Assembly: GCA_963665975.1 (NCBI GenBank)
Contig: OY762508.1
Span: forward strand, 715,067-779,066
Origin: Rhodothermales bacterium
Lineage (GTDB): Bacteria; Bacteroidota; Rhodothermia; Rhodothermales; Bin80
Length of the DNA stretch: 64,000 bases
Direction: 5' to 3'
The notes under the pieces are model-generated. The model was given only the letters and a program-made list of their open reading frames with translations. It had not been told where the DNA came from and ran no database searches. Numbering within the stretch: the stretch's first letter is position 1; every line of letters begins with the position of its first letter. Positions 21,086-30,900 of the stretch are shown here, piece after piece. The translations under genes were made by a program, and so were the position numbers.

Positions 21086-22435
21086 TTAGCGCACGGCGCC
21101 GAGGAGTGCAGCCGGATCAACACTGCGCCCCTTACCCATCAGTTTTGTGAAGGATTTCATCATCTTGCGCATCTGCCGGAATTGCTTGAGCAGCTGATTG
21201 ACATCGCGGACTTCCAGGCCGCTGCCATACGCAATGCGACGGCGTCGGCTGCTGTTAATAATTTCCGGGCGCCTGCGCTCCTCCGGCGTCATGGACAATA
21301 TGAGGGCCTCGACATGACGGAACGAGTCTTCGTCGAGGTCATCAGCGGCCTTGCGCATGCCAGGGATCATGCCGACCACGTCGGTCAACGGCCCCATGGA
21401 CTTGATTTTCTGTAACTGCTGATAAAAATCCTCCAGGTCAAAGGATTCCTTGCGGATCTTGCGACGGAGGGTTTCAGCCTGTCGTTCGTCGTAATGCTCC
21501 TGTGCCTTCTCAACCAGCGATACGACATCACCCATACCCAGGATGCGCTGCGCCATCCGATCCGGATAGAACTGGGCAATCTGGTCAAGCTTCTCGCCAG
21601 TCGAGGCGAACTTTATCGGCTTCTTGACAATCGAGCGGATAGACAGGGCCGCACCACCACGGGAGTCACCATCCAGTTTCGTAAGAACTACGCCGTCGTA
21701 GTCCAGGCGGTCGTGGAATTCCCTGGCGGTGTTCACCGCGTCCTGCCCCGTCATGCTATCGACGACGAACAATATTTCGGTCGGCTGTACGGCATCCTTG
21801 ATCCCCTCGACCTCGGCCATCATGGCCTCGTCTACATGCAGCCGGCCCGCGGTATCGATGATGACCGTGTCACAGGCCTTCTTGCGCGCAGCACGCACAG
21901 CGCCCTGCGCCACGCCAACTGCATCCTGCACCACCGTTCCGTCCGCATTGCGCACTGCGTGTACAGGGATTCCAACCTCACCCGCCAACATCGTCAACTG
22001 ATCTACGGCCGCCGGGCGATAGACATCCGCCGCTGCAAGCAGCGGCGTGCGCCCCTGCTTACTCAGCAGGCGAGCCAACTTGGCGCAAAACGTGGTCTTT
22101 CCTGAACCTTGCAGCCCCGCCACCAGTATTACCGTTGGTGGTGAAGACGCTTGCTTTACGGACGCGGCGCTACCTCCCAGGAGCTGGACGAGCTCGTCAT
22201 AGACGATCTTGACCAGCATTTGGCCCGGCGCTACCGACGACAACACTTTTTCTCCAAGCGCCTGATCCTTGATTCGGTTGGTGAATCCGCGCGCAACCTG
22301 ATAGTTGACGTCAGCCTCCAGGAGCGCCCGACGAATCTCACCCATCGACTCAGCGATGTTGAGCTCGTTTATGCGCCCCTGGCCGGAAAGCTGCTTTAGC
22401 ACCCCCTCCAGTCTATGAGACAGACTTTCAAACAC
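21086..22435 (-). CDS. ffh: Signal recognition particle protein Ffh
   Basis: GLQGSGKTT, DTAGR, TKLDG..RGGAALS, RILGMGD, Met-rich M domain. Confidence 0.98.
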   Translation of the reverse strand: MFESLSHRLEGVLKQLSGQGRINELNIAESMGEIRRALLEADVNYQVARGFTNRIKDQALGEKVLSSVAPGQMLVKIVYDELVQLLGGSAASVKQASSPPTVILVAGLQGSGKTTFCAKLARLLSKQGRTPLLAAADVYRPAAVDQLTMLAGEVGIPVHAVRNADGTVVQDAVGVAQGAVRAARKKACDTVIIDTAGRLHVDEAMMAEVEGIKDAVQPTEILFVVDSMTGQDAVNTAREFHDRLDYDGVVLTKLDGDSRGGAALSIRSIVKKPIKFASTGEKLDQIAQFYPDRMAQRILGMGDVVSLVEKAQEHYDERQAETLRRKIRKESFDLEDFYQQLQKIKSMGPLTDVVGMIPGMRKAADDLDEDSFRHVEALILSMTPEERRRPEIINSSRRRRIAYGSGLEVRDVNQLLKQFRQMRKMMKSFTKLMGKGRSVDPAALLGAVR

Positions 22436-22549
22436 GGATAATTCCAGGTTGTCAGAATAGAACAGCTAATATACGGGAGTTTAGCTATAATAACTGCACC
22501 CGAAAATCCCTACGAGGGCTTTGCGCAGAATTTTCATCCTCATCTGTCC

Positions 22550-23200
22550 ATGCGCCGCAACACTGCCACAGATAACGTTGTGCGCCAGCAAAAAGCGACC
22601 CTGCGCCAACGCCTCAGACAATTGCGCCGAACCATTCCACCCGGCGATGCAGACGCGCATACCCGTGCGATTATTGCGCGTATGCAATCTCTTGAGGTAC
22701 TAGTACGCGCCTCGACCGTCCATACGTACTGGCCGGCGGAAAAGGCCTTGGAGATAGACCTTCGCACGCTCATCTATTGGCTGCGCGCAAGGGGCAAGCA
22801 AATTGTGTTGCCGATCGTGGAGCACTCGCCAGATGCCCCCACGATGTCGCATGCGCGATTTACAGGAATGTGCGATCTTGAGCGAAATGCCTGGGGCATT
22901 CTTGAACCCAAAAGCGGAAAACGCGTAGACCCACAGGAAATTGATGCAGTTGTCGTGCCGGCATTCGGGGCCGGACGCAACGGCCACCGCGTCGGCTATG
23001 GCAAAGGCTACTACGATGCGTTCCTGCAACACGTGAACGCACCACTGTTGTGTCCCGTGTATGCCGACTGCCTGGTGGACCATTGTCCGGCGGAACCGCA
23101 CGATGTGTGCATGGACATCCTGATTACGGAGAACGAAATTCTGTGGCCAGCTCGCGACAACGAGCAACCCAACGCGCACTCGACGAATGGGCTCGCGTAG
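22550..23200 (+). CDS. 5-formyltetrahydrofolate cyclo-ligase
   Basis: WGILEP, VVPAFG..GHRVGYGKGYYD, EPHD..MD.LITE. Confidence 0.92.
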   Translation: MRRNTATDNVVRQQKATLRQRLRQLRRTIPPGDADAHTRAIIARMQSLEVLVRASTVHTYWPAEKALEIDLRTLIYWLRARGKQIVLPIVEHSPDAPTMSHARFTGMCDLERNAWGILEPKSGKRVDPQEIDAVVVPAFGAGRNGHRVGYGKGYYDAFLQHVNAPLLCPVYADCLVDHCPAEPHDVCMDILITENEILWPARDNEQPNAHSTNGLA

Positions 23201-23219
23201 CCAATGCAATCGTCTCACC

Positions 23220-23903
23220 ATGAAAACACGCACCCGCCAGGCCCAACGCCCAGAACAGGAAGCCTACAACGAACTGAGCAACCAGGACCTCGAAGCACTG
23301 TCCGACGAAGACCTGGAAGCATTTCTGTTCGAAGAAGAAACCAAGAAGAGCCCCAATCCATTCAACTTGGCCACGATGGCAGGATTGTCCATGGTGCTGG
23401 TCGGCATCGTCTACCTGCTGGAGCAAGTCGGCCTGCTTGGCGGTATTAGTCTTGGTGGGCTCGTCGCATGGCTGCCCTGGCTGGCGGGCGTGCTCATTCT
23501 GCTGCTGGGACTTGGCCTTGTGTCCCGGCAGCCCGGCAAAAAGAAACAGAGACGCAAGGCGCGCCGCCAATCGGGCAGGACCAAACCAGCCATTGCGGAG
23601 GCGGGCCAACAGACGGCGACCGCACGCAAATCCTCCTCTTCCCGATTGCGCAAGTCTGCAGATCGCAAAATTGCCGGCGTGTGCGGAGGGCTCGGAGAAT
23701 ATTTCGGGCTGGACCCCACCATCGTGCGGGTAGCCTTTGTCGTCGGTTCCCTGATGACCTTTGCCGGCGCTCCCATCTTTCCTATAGCGTACCTCATCCT
23801 CGCATTTGCGATGTCCGCCCCGGAAAAACCGTCAAGCGCAACCCTGCCTCCAAAATCACGTAGCGAAAAGACAGACATTACCGTAACCATCATCAAAGAT
23901 TAA
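23220..23903 (+). CDS. PspC-domain membrane protein with N-terminal LiaF/LiaI-like TM hairpin
   Basis: Two N-terminal TM helices, then LRKSADRKIAGVCGGLGEYFGLDPTIVR. Confidence 0.85.
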   Translation: MKTRTRQAQRPEQEAYNELSNQDLEALSDEDLEAFLFEEETKKSPNPFNLATMAGLSMVLVGIVYLLEQVGLLGGISLGGLVAWLPWLAGVLILLLGLGLVSRQPGKKKQRRKARRQSGRTKPAIAEAGQQTATARKSSSSRLRKSADRKIAGVCGGLGEYFGLDPTIVRVAFVVGSLMTFAGAPIFPIAYLILAFAMSAPEKPSSATLPPKSRSEKTDITVTIIKD

Positions 23904-23913
23904 TGGGGACGCC

Positions 23914-24105
23914 ATGCAGCAGCGCAGACTGACCAGATCCCAACAAGACAAGAAAATCGCCGGAGTATGCGGCGGACTCGCGGAATACCTGAATATGGAT
24001 CCCACTCTCGTGCGCGTCGGCTTCGTCTGCCTTTCCGTGTTTAGCGCCGCGTTCCCGGGCATCATCATCTATATTGCACTTGCCCTGCTCGTGCCAAGTG
24101 CGTGA
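23914..24105 (+). CDS. pspC: Small PspC-domain protein
   Basis: LTRSQQDKKIAGVCGGLAEYLNMDPTLVR..IYIALALLVP. Confidence 0.88.
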   Translation: MQQRRLTRSQQDKKIAGVCGGLAEYLNMDPTLVRVGFVCLSVFSAAFPGIIIYIALALLVPSA

Positions 24106-24107
24106 GC

Positions 24108-25394
24108 TCATGCCTCCACCGTGCCAGCGATGGTGATGTGAAAGGCGTCGGGTCTGAAATGCTGTGCTACGGCATCGTGGACCTGCACTCGCGTTACGGC
24201 TGTCACTTCGTCTGGGAAACGATCAAGGTACGCCACGTCAAATCCGTGCAAGGCATGCCGATACAGCGTCCCTGCAAGACCCACAGTAGTTTCCAGACCC
24301 ACCTTGTAGGCCCCACAGATCGTTGACTTGCGGATATCCAGTTCCTCTTCTGTTGGCCCCTCTTCCACAAAGCGGCACACTTCGACCTGCGTAGCCTCAA
24401 GACCGCTATCCAGGTTTTCCCGGCTCAGCGTTACCCCTACCAACGCGTATCCGTGCAGTTGTGGGTCAACACCGGCAAGTTGGGCGTAGATGCCGTAGGT
24501 CAGCCCCATTTCTTCGCGGATCCTCTGCATCAGGCGCGCAGAGAAATTGCCGCCCAGTATCGACATGCCCATTGACAACGGAATATATGCTGTGTCTGCG
24601 CGGCGGATCTCCAGGCCGTGCCCCATGCGCACGTCAAGATTCTGTTTGTCCCGCATGGGTACGCGCGTTTGGCCTGGCCTGTCAGGCTGCACCTCCGTGG
24701 TGTATGCAACCAGCAATGCAGGCACAGCCCAATCCCCGAACGTCTCCTCTACGGCTCGCCGGGTAGCGTCGAGATCAATGTCGCCCACGCAGACGAGCAA
24801 CATGCTGCGCCCACCAAAATGGGCCGCATGATAATCACGCACCGTGTTTACGCCCAGTGCGTCCAGGCGGCGCAGGGTGTCTGTTTCCGGCTCCACATAA
24901 TGTGGATGGGTTTCACTGAAGAGCACCCGGAGCAGGGCTCGCTGCGCCTGCGCTGCCGTGTTGTCTCTGACCTGCTGGATCGCTGTAACATGGTTCGCTT
25001 TTACCTTTATAAACTCTTCCTCATCCAGGAGAGGCTCCTGCAGCGACTCCGCCGTTATTCGGAGGACGTCCGGGACATCTCTCTGGAGGGCGCGCCCCGA
25101 GAATGTTGTGCGGAGCCGACCCGATGAAAAGCTGATCAGCGCACCCCGATTTTCCAGGTCCTGGGCAATGGCGAAACGGTCCCGGCTGCGAGTGCCCTTG
25201 TCCAGAAGCGCCGCTGTCAGCATCTGGACCAACATGTCCCCCCTTTCAATGTTGGGGTTCGTAACGAAGGATCCACGCCAGGATACCACCGAATCCACCG
25301 CCGTCTTGAGCATGAGCAGACGGCATGGTCCAATAATGCTCACTTCTACGCGCGCAGAAAGCATGCTTCCCTGACCGGGCAACACCGTCTTCAT
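24108..25394 (-). CDS. M16 peptidase, non-catalytic subunit
   Basis: LLDKGT, ILGGNFSARLMQRIREEMGLTYGI; no HxxEH motif; start at ATG 25394 abutting its partner gene. Confidence 0.88.
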   Translation of the reverse strand: MKTVLPGQGSMLSARVEVSIIGPCRLLMLKTAVDSVVSWRGSFVTNPNIERGDMLVQMLTAALLDKGTRSRDRFAIAQDLENRGALISFSSGRLRTTFSGRALQRDVPDVLRITAESLQEPLLDEEEFIKVKANHVTAIQQVRDNTAAQAQRALLRVLFSETHPHYVEPETDTLRRLDALGVNTVRDYHAAHFGGRSMLLVCVGDIDLDATRRAVEETFGDWAVPALLVAYTTEVQPDRPGQTRVPMRDKQNLDVRMGHGLEIRRADTAYIPLSMGMSILGGNFSARLMQRIREEMGLTYGIYAQLAGVDPQLHGYALVGVTLSRENLDSGLEATQVEVCRFVEEGPTEEELDIRKSTICGAYKVGLETTVGLAGTLYRHALHGFDVAYLDRFPDEVTAVTRVQVHDAVAQHFRPDAFHITIAGTVEA

Positions 25395-25395
25395 A

Positions 25396-26685
25396 CTATG
25401 CCTCCGGGATGAGCCATGCTGTGGTCTGCACATGGGACGCAAGATGCGCCTGCGCGACACGCTGGACATCCTGTGCGGTAACGCGCTCCAGCCGTTCGCG
25501 GAATGTCGTAAAGAGCCTCCAGTCGCCTGCCGCGACCGCCTCGTTCAGCGGCGCTGCCATCGCAAACGACCCGTCACGGCTAAACGCCTCGGCCGCGCGC
25601 AACTGGTTGCGCACGCGCTGCAATTCTTCAACCGTTACACCCTCAGCACATACCCGGCCTATTTCCTCTACAATCGCCGCTTCGACTTCCTCGTGGGTGC
25701 GACCCGGCGACAGTATGGCCATGCATTCAAAGAGGCTGGGATCCCGTGCCGGCGTCATGCGCGCCGACACGTGCGCGGTGAGGCCCTGGTCTGTACATCG
25801 GCGGTATAATCGGCTGGACTTGCCACCGGACAACAGACCGGCCAACATGGCAAGCGCTTCGGAATCAGGATGCAGTGTTTCGGGGATCTTGAACCCGATC
25901 ATGACTGCCGCCAGATAGGCTGATGCCTGTGTGGTGAAGCGGCGCTCGCTCACCTGATCCGGCTCGCTAGCGCGCCCGATTTCCGTGCGATGGGGACAAG
26001 GCGGAACGTTACTGAATCGCTCTGCAATCAGACGCAATGCCTGCGTGGCCTCAACGTCGCCAATCACTGATATCGTGGCGCGGTCGGGCCAGTAATGCGT
26101 GTCATACAGTCGGCGCAAACCTTCTACCGTCATGGCCTCCACGTCATCTCGCCAACCAAGAGTAGGATGTCCGTATGGGTGGGAACGGTAGGCGGTGCTC
26201 CATAGCAAGCGATACATGTTCCCCAGGGGATCGTTCTCGGCGCGGTCCATTTCATTCAGGATCACCGTACGCTCGGCTTCAATATCGACTGCGTTGAGCA
26301 GTAAACCACGCATCCGGTCCGCTTCGATGTCAATGACCAATTCCATGTGCTCCACAGGCAACACCGCATAGTAATTGGTACGGTCCTTGGATGTCGTCGC
26401 ATTTACTTGCGCTCCGACGCTCTGGAGCATATCAATGACAGACGTTCCCCGACGCTTGTTATAGCGATCGGTGCCCTTGAACATGACATGTTCGAGGAAA
26501 TGCATGCCACCCGTCTCACCGGGAGCCTCATCGCCACTTCCGGCGCGGTAGGTCACCATCACCGTCACCACCGGTGCCACACCTTCCGCACACAGGAGCA
26601 CCTGCAATCCGTTTTCTCGCAGGCGGTATTCCTCAAACCCACCGGAAGTGTCTACGTGATCGTATGCCTCAACCTGCAGCGCCAT
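25396..26685 (-). CDS. M16 (pitrilysin/insulinase) zinc peptidase, catalytic subunit
   Basis: GSGDE..TGGMHFLEHVMFKGT, NATTSKDRTNY, HPYGHPTLGW. Confidence 0.93.
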   Translation of the reverse strand: MALQVEAYDHVDTSGGFEEYRLRENGLQVLLCAEGVAPVVTVMVTYRAGSGDEAPGETGGMHFLEHVMFKGTDRYNKRRGTSVIDMLQSVGAQVNATTSKDRTNYYAVLPVEHMELVIDIEADRMRGLLLNAVDIEAERTVILNEMDRAENDPLGNMYRLLWSTAYRSHPYGHPTLGWRDDVEAMTVEGLRRLYDTHYWPDRATISVIGDVEATQALRLIAERFSNVPPCPHRTEIGRASEPDQVSERRFTTQASAYLAAVMIGFKIPETLHPDSEALAMLAGLLSGGKSSRLYRRCTDQGLTAHVSARMTPARDPSLFECMAILSPGRTHEEVEAAIVEEIGRVCAEGVTVEELQRVRNQLRAAEAFSRDGSFAMAAPLNEAVAAGDWRLFTTFRERLERVTAQDVQRVAQAHLASHVQTTAWLIPEA

Positions 26686-27116
26686 GGATGCCTCTCCGCT
26701 TCTTGCCTGCCAAAAGTAAGACAAACTCCGGACATTGCTGCCCGTACTAGTGGACTTCCAGCCAATTGGCGCCCGTACGTATCGTGACGCGGGGCATCAC
26801 GGCCAACTCCAGTGCCTCCGTCATTTCTGTCTCCACCAGTTCAGAGAGCGCGTGCTCTTCGCCAGGCGGCAGTTCAAATACCAACTCGTCGTGCACCTGC
26901 AATAGCAGCGTAGCTCGGTACCCTTCCTCCTTGAGTCACCGGTGAATGCACACCATGGCGATCTTGATCATGTCGGCCTGCGTGCCTTGGATCGGCATGT
27001 TTACCGCAACACGCTCCGCCTACGCCCGTTCGGCGCCATTCCGCGAGTTGACAAGCGGCACATAGCGCTGGCGCCCAAGGAGCGTCTCCACATATACGCG
27101 GCCGCGCGCCTCCTCT
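26602..27116. repeat. Left copy of 515-bp direct repeat (M16 5' end, intergenic region, polA 3' end)
   Basis: Ungapped match to 34047-34561 (offset 7445) with 12 substitutions counted by hand. Confidence 0.95.
26747..27116 (-). pseudogene. polA: Decayed duplicate of the polA 3' end
   Basis: Copy of the last ~123 codons of polA with nonsense changes CAG>TAG (27020-27022) and CGA>TGA (26936-26938). Confidence 0.92.
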
Positions 27117-27213
27117 ATGCCAAACCTCTTCAATTCATGATTCATAAGGAGTCCCTTACAAAACACCTGTTCTGCCAGGCTTTCTAGCCAATAAAGGTAA
27201 AGATGGGTTAAAG

Positions 27214-27722
27214 CACCTGGATGCGGTACTGGATGCGACACTTGCGGCCCAGGAAGCAGCGCTCCGGGACATGACCCGGCAAGGCAGAAAGTACCCCGCG
27301 ATCTAGCACTTCATAAAGCTGCCGGGCGTGGGGCCGATCGGCCCCACGTTGTTGATACCATTATCCAGACACCTCACCGGTTTGCTACAGGGAACAGGCT
27401 CTGGCGATACTACAAACTGGCCATTGTAGATCGTAGCTCGGCAGGCAGGCCGCTGGCGCACAAGCACTTGGACAGGGCAGGCGTCAGTGAACTGAAGGCC
27501 GAAAGCTATCGCGCGCTTCATGCTGCACTGCGCTCCTCTGGTCTCAACGAGGTGTCGCGCTTCTATGAAGCATCGCTTGCCAACGCGAATCACAACACCT
27601 CGCACGCCAGGCTCAACACGCAGCGCAAGATCCTGGCCGTGATGTGGACCGTCTGGTGCAAGAACCTAGCTTACAACCCCGAACTCTTTTATCCATCAAC
27701 CCCAACCGCAGCGGCGGTGTGA
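27214..27722 (+). pseudogene. IS110-family transposase C-terminal remnant
   Basis: Manual translation: ..YPAI*HFIKLPGVGPIG / frameshift / IIQTPHRFATGNRLWRYYKLAIVDRSSAGRP..G...LK..RFYE..RKILAVMW; N-terminal DEDD domain missing. Confidence 0.82.
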
Positions 27723-27903
27723 CGTGGCGTTAAGTGCAGCGACAAGCGGCCAGTGCCCGCGGATCAGGGCCGCCGGAAGGCCCTCCACGTAGCGTTCAGG
27801 GTAGCCCCGGGGCTGCTCCATTCACAGCAACTGATAGTCGCGGAATCGTAATAGAGTATGGCACGCGCAACCGATCTGCAGGGGTTCCAATTCATATAGC
27901 CTG

Positions 27904-30900
27904 TTACTTCACCAGCATCATGCGTTTGCCGTTGAGGTAGGCATCGCCGGCCTTGAGCTGATAGAAATAAACACCTGAGGCTAGCCCCTGCGCATCAAAT
28001 CGGACAGTGTGGCTGCCTCTGGTCACTGTCTTCCCATCCAGAAGTATCGCCACCCTGCGACCCAGTGCATTGTAGACAGTGAGCGTAACCGGCTCATCGG
28101 AGGCAAGCGAAAACGCAATTGTCGTGGCCGGATTGAACGGATTGGGATAGTTCTGGTCGAGCGAGAACGTCACGGGCAACTCCGTCAGTGCATCGTCCAC
28201 GCCCGTCCATGTCGCCCGTCCAACCATGGCCACCACTTGCCACTGCGCCGGCGTATGCCACCAGCGTCCGTTTGCGTTATGCTTTGTGGACCACTGGATC
28301 TGGTTATCTCTTTTTCCCGTTTCGTCCGCGTCGTTGAGAGCCAGATTCATCGGGACCAGCCGGAGATCGGTGCCTGTAACCGGCGCCAGGACGATATCCT
28401 GCTCAGCGACATTCTGAATCGCATCCAGCGGTATGGAGACGAGCACTTTCCAGCCGATGTGGTTGCCCGATGCGTCTTCAAGCGTATCGTGCAGTGCGTT
28501 GCTTCCCGGAACGGGCACGTACGCGCCTGTTCCTGCATTACGGTAGATGGCAGCGGAGCCGTCGGCGTGCGGTACGATGCGAAAGTGGTAATCCGCATGG
28601 GCGCCTCGTTCCAAAGCTACATGTGGTGAACCGGTAAGGAGTGATCCTCCCTCCACGTCGCGCACGTCGTAGTTACCCCAGCCCATCTCTATACCGTCAT
28701 ACTGCCACGCGTCATCCGGGGACACGCTTTCTCCGGCAAGACTAATCACGTCATCGTTGACTTCGGCGTACACAAAGAGCTCGTTGCGGGTGCTCTGACC
28801 TATCCAGAACGCGCCGGATAGTTCGTCGTCACGCTCGGGAAACCGTCCGCTCTCGCCTGGGCTGCTGTGCAGCACATCCACCCGGAAAGGCTCCAGCCAC
28901 TCCGGGAATCCTTCTGCCAGGACGGGAAGGCTGAAAAAGTTGGCTCTCAGCCGTTCCGCTTCCCGATCCGTCAGCTCGACGATGGCGGGTGTAACGGGTA
29001 GTAGTGGATTGTTGACCACACCCGAACTGGCCGACACGTCCTGATTCTCCACGCCATGGGCGCTCAGGGACGTAACGGCATAATGGATCTCGTGCGGCGC
29101 TAAAGAGGGGTGCGGCACCTCCAAGCGGTGTGTGAGGGACGTCGCGGTGGCGCTTTGGGAAAAGTACTGCAGCAGAAATACGCCGTCGGCAGTTACATCG
29201 CGGATCAGATCCGTGCTTGCATACACGTTGCGCCCCCGAACGAGGGGATTGGGATCCCAGGCTATGACGTTGCCTAGCAGACTCTTGCTCACGGTAACGC
29301 CGGACATTGCCTGTACCGGTGCGTCGGCAATCGATAGGTCAAGGCCGGGCTGGCCAATGTAGACGTCGTCCACCCACACAGGGCCGCCCCCGTCGCTTTC
29401 CCACACGATGCCTAGTGCCCGCACATTGCCCCACTCGAATTCCTTCCACAGCTCCGGCCGTTCGCTCGTCTCCAGACCCCGCCCGTCGGTTGACACGCGC
29501 AAGCCAGCAGCGGTCGCGGCACCGTTGTAATGCCAATGCTGCGCCAGACCCCCCAACCTGCCCTGCGCTCGGGCATTTTCCAGATCCCGCCAGGTCGTGG
29601 GGGGAAGCGGAATAGCCAGCTCATGCCACCGTCCGTCCCGAAGCTCTTCCGGTATCCGCCAAGTAACCCGAAACGGCAAATCCGCGCTGCCGTCTTCGGC
29701 CCGGCTGTCGTCGGTCTTGTCCTCCAGCACGAGCGCGGGGCTGCCCTGGTCCCGGTCGGGCACGCGCGGATCCAACAGTAGCCGCAGATGGAGTAAGTCG
29801 CCAGAGGCTATGTTGGAGGTGAGATCCACGCCGAGATCACGCGCAAAGCGGAAGGACCGATACGGACCAGCATCGTACCGGAGCACCGTCTCTTGTGACC
29901 CGCTGCCGAAGGGGTCAGGAACGGGGCTGCCGTCAAAGGCCTCGATCCGCGTATTCGTGCCGCTGGCAAAGAAAACGAAATCGCTTCCCAGGGCCGGCCC
30001 GTACCCCGCGCCGGCCAGGAGGCCCGGCACGTCAAGCGTCCAGATGCCGCGCCCGTGCGTGGCCAGAATCACCTGGTCGTCCACCAGCTTAATCTGCCAG
30101 ACTGAGACAGCAGGCAACCCGTTGTCGGCATAATCCCAGGACTCTCCGCCATCTGTGGACTCGAACAGTCCGATCTCCGTGCCTGCCCAAATAACGTCCG
30201 GATCGTGAGGCATGACCAGCAGGTCGTATACTGCGACATCGGGAAAGCCGTTTGTGCTCTCCCCACCCGGCGAACCCGCAAATCCCGACAGGTCCCGCCA
30301 CGACTGCCCCAGGTCTGTCGTATGCAGTATTTTCGGCCGTCCGTAGGCGGAGAAAAGGACGTATGCCGTGCTGTCCTGATTCGGATGCGTGGCCAGGCCT
30401 GAAATACTCGCTTCCGGCGCGATATCCGGGACCGTTGTGGGCATAAACGTCTGGCCGCCGTCCAGGGACACATGCATGGTTCCGGTTAGCGAACCCTGAT
30501 TGTCCAATCGATTTCCCGCCCAGACGACATCCGCGCTTGCGAGGGAAACGCGCACCTTGCCAGAGCCGAATCCCCACTGCTCTTTCGGGATCGGAATAAT
30601 GTGCCAATGCGCTCCAAAGTCTTCCGACCGCCATACGCCGCGGCCGCCGATCGCAAACACGCGATCCGGCACGTCCCTTGAGTTTGACAGGACGGTCTGG
30701 AAGGGGCCGTAATCGTCCGGCTTCTCAACATGGGTAAAGCTTTTGCCGCCGTCCGTCGAGCGGGCGATTCCATTGCCCTGCGAGCCAGCCAAAACGAGCC
30801 GGACATCCCTGGCATGCCACACGGCATCGAAACCGTCGCCGCCCAAAACGTGCTCCCAGCTGTCGTCGAGTAGTGGGTCCGCATCGGAGCGCCACGTGCC

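Noticed and set aside
22436-22549. 6S RNA upstream of 5-formyl-THF cyclo-ligase, or SRP RNA near ffh
   Set aside because: The gap is only about 115 bp, must hold divergent promoters, and shows no matching structure.
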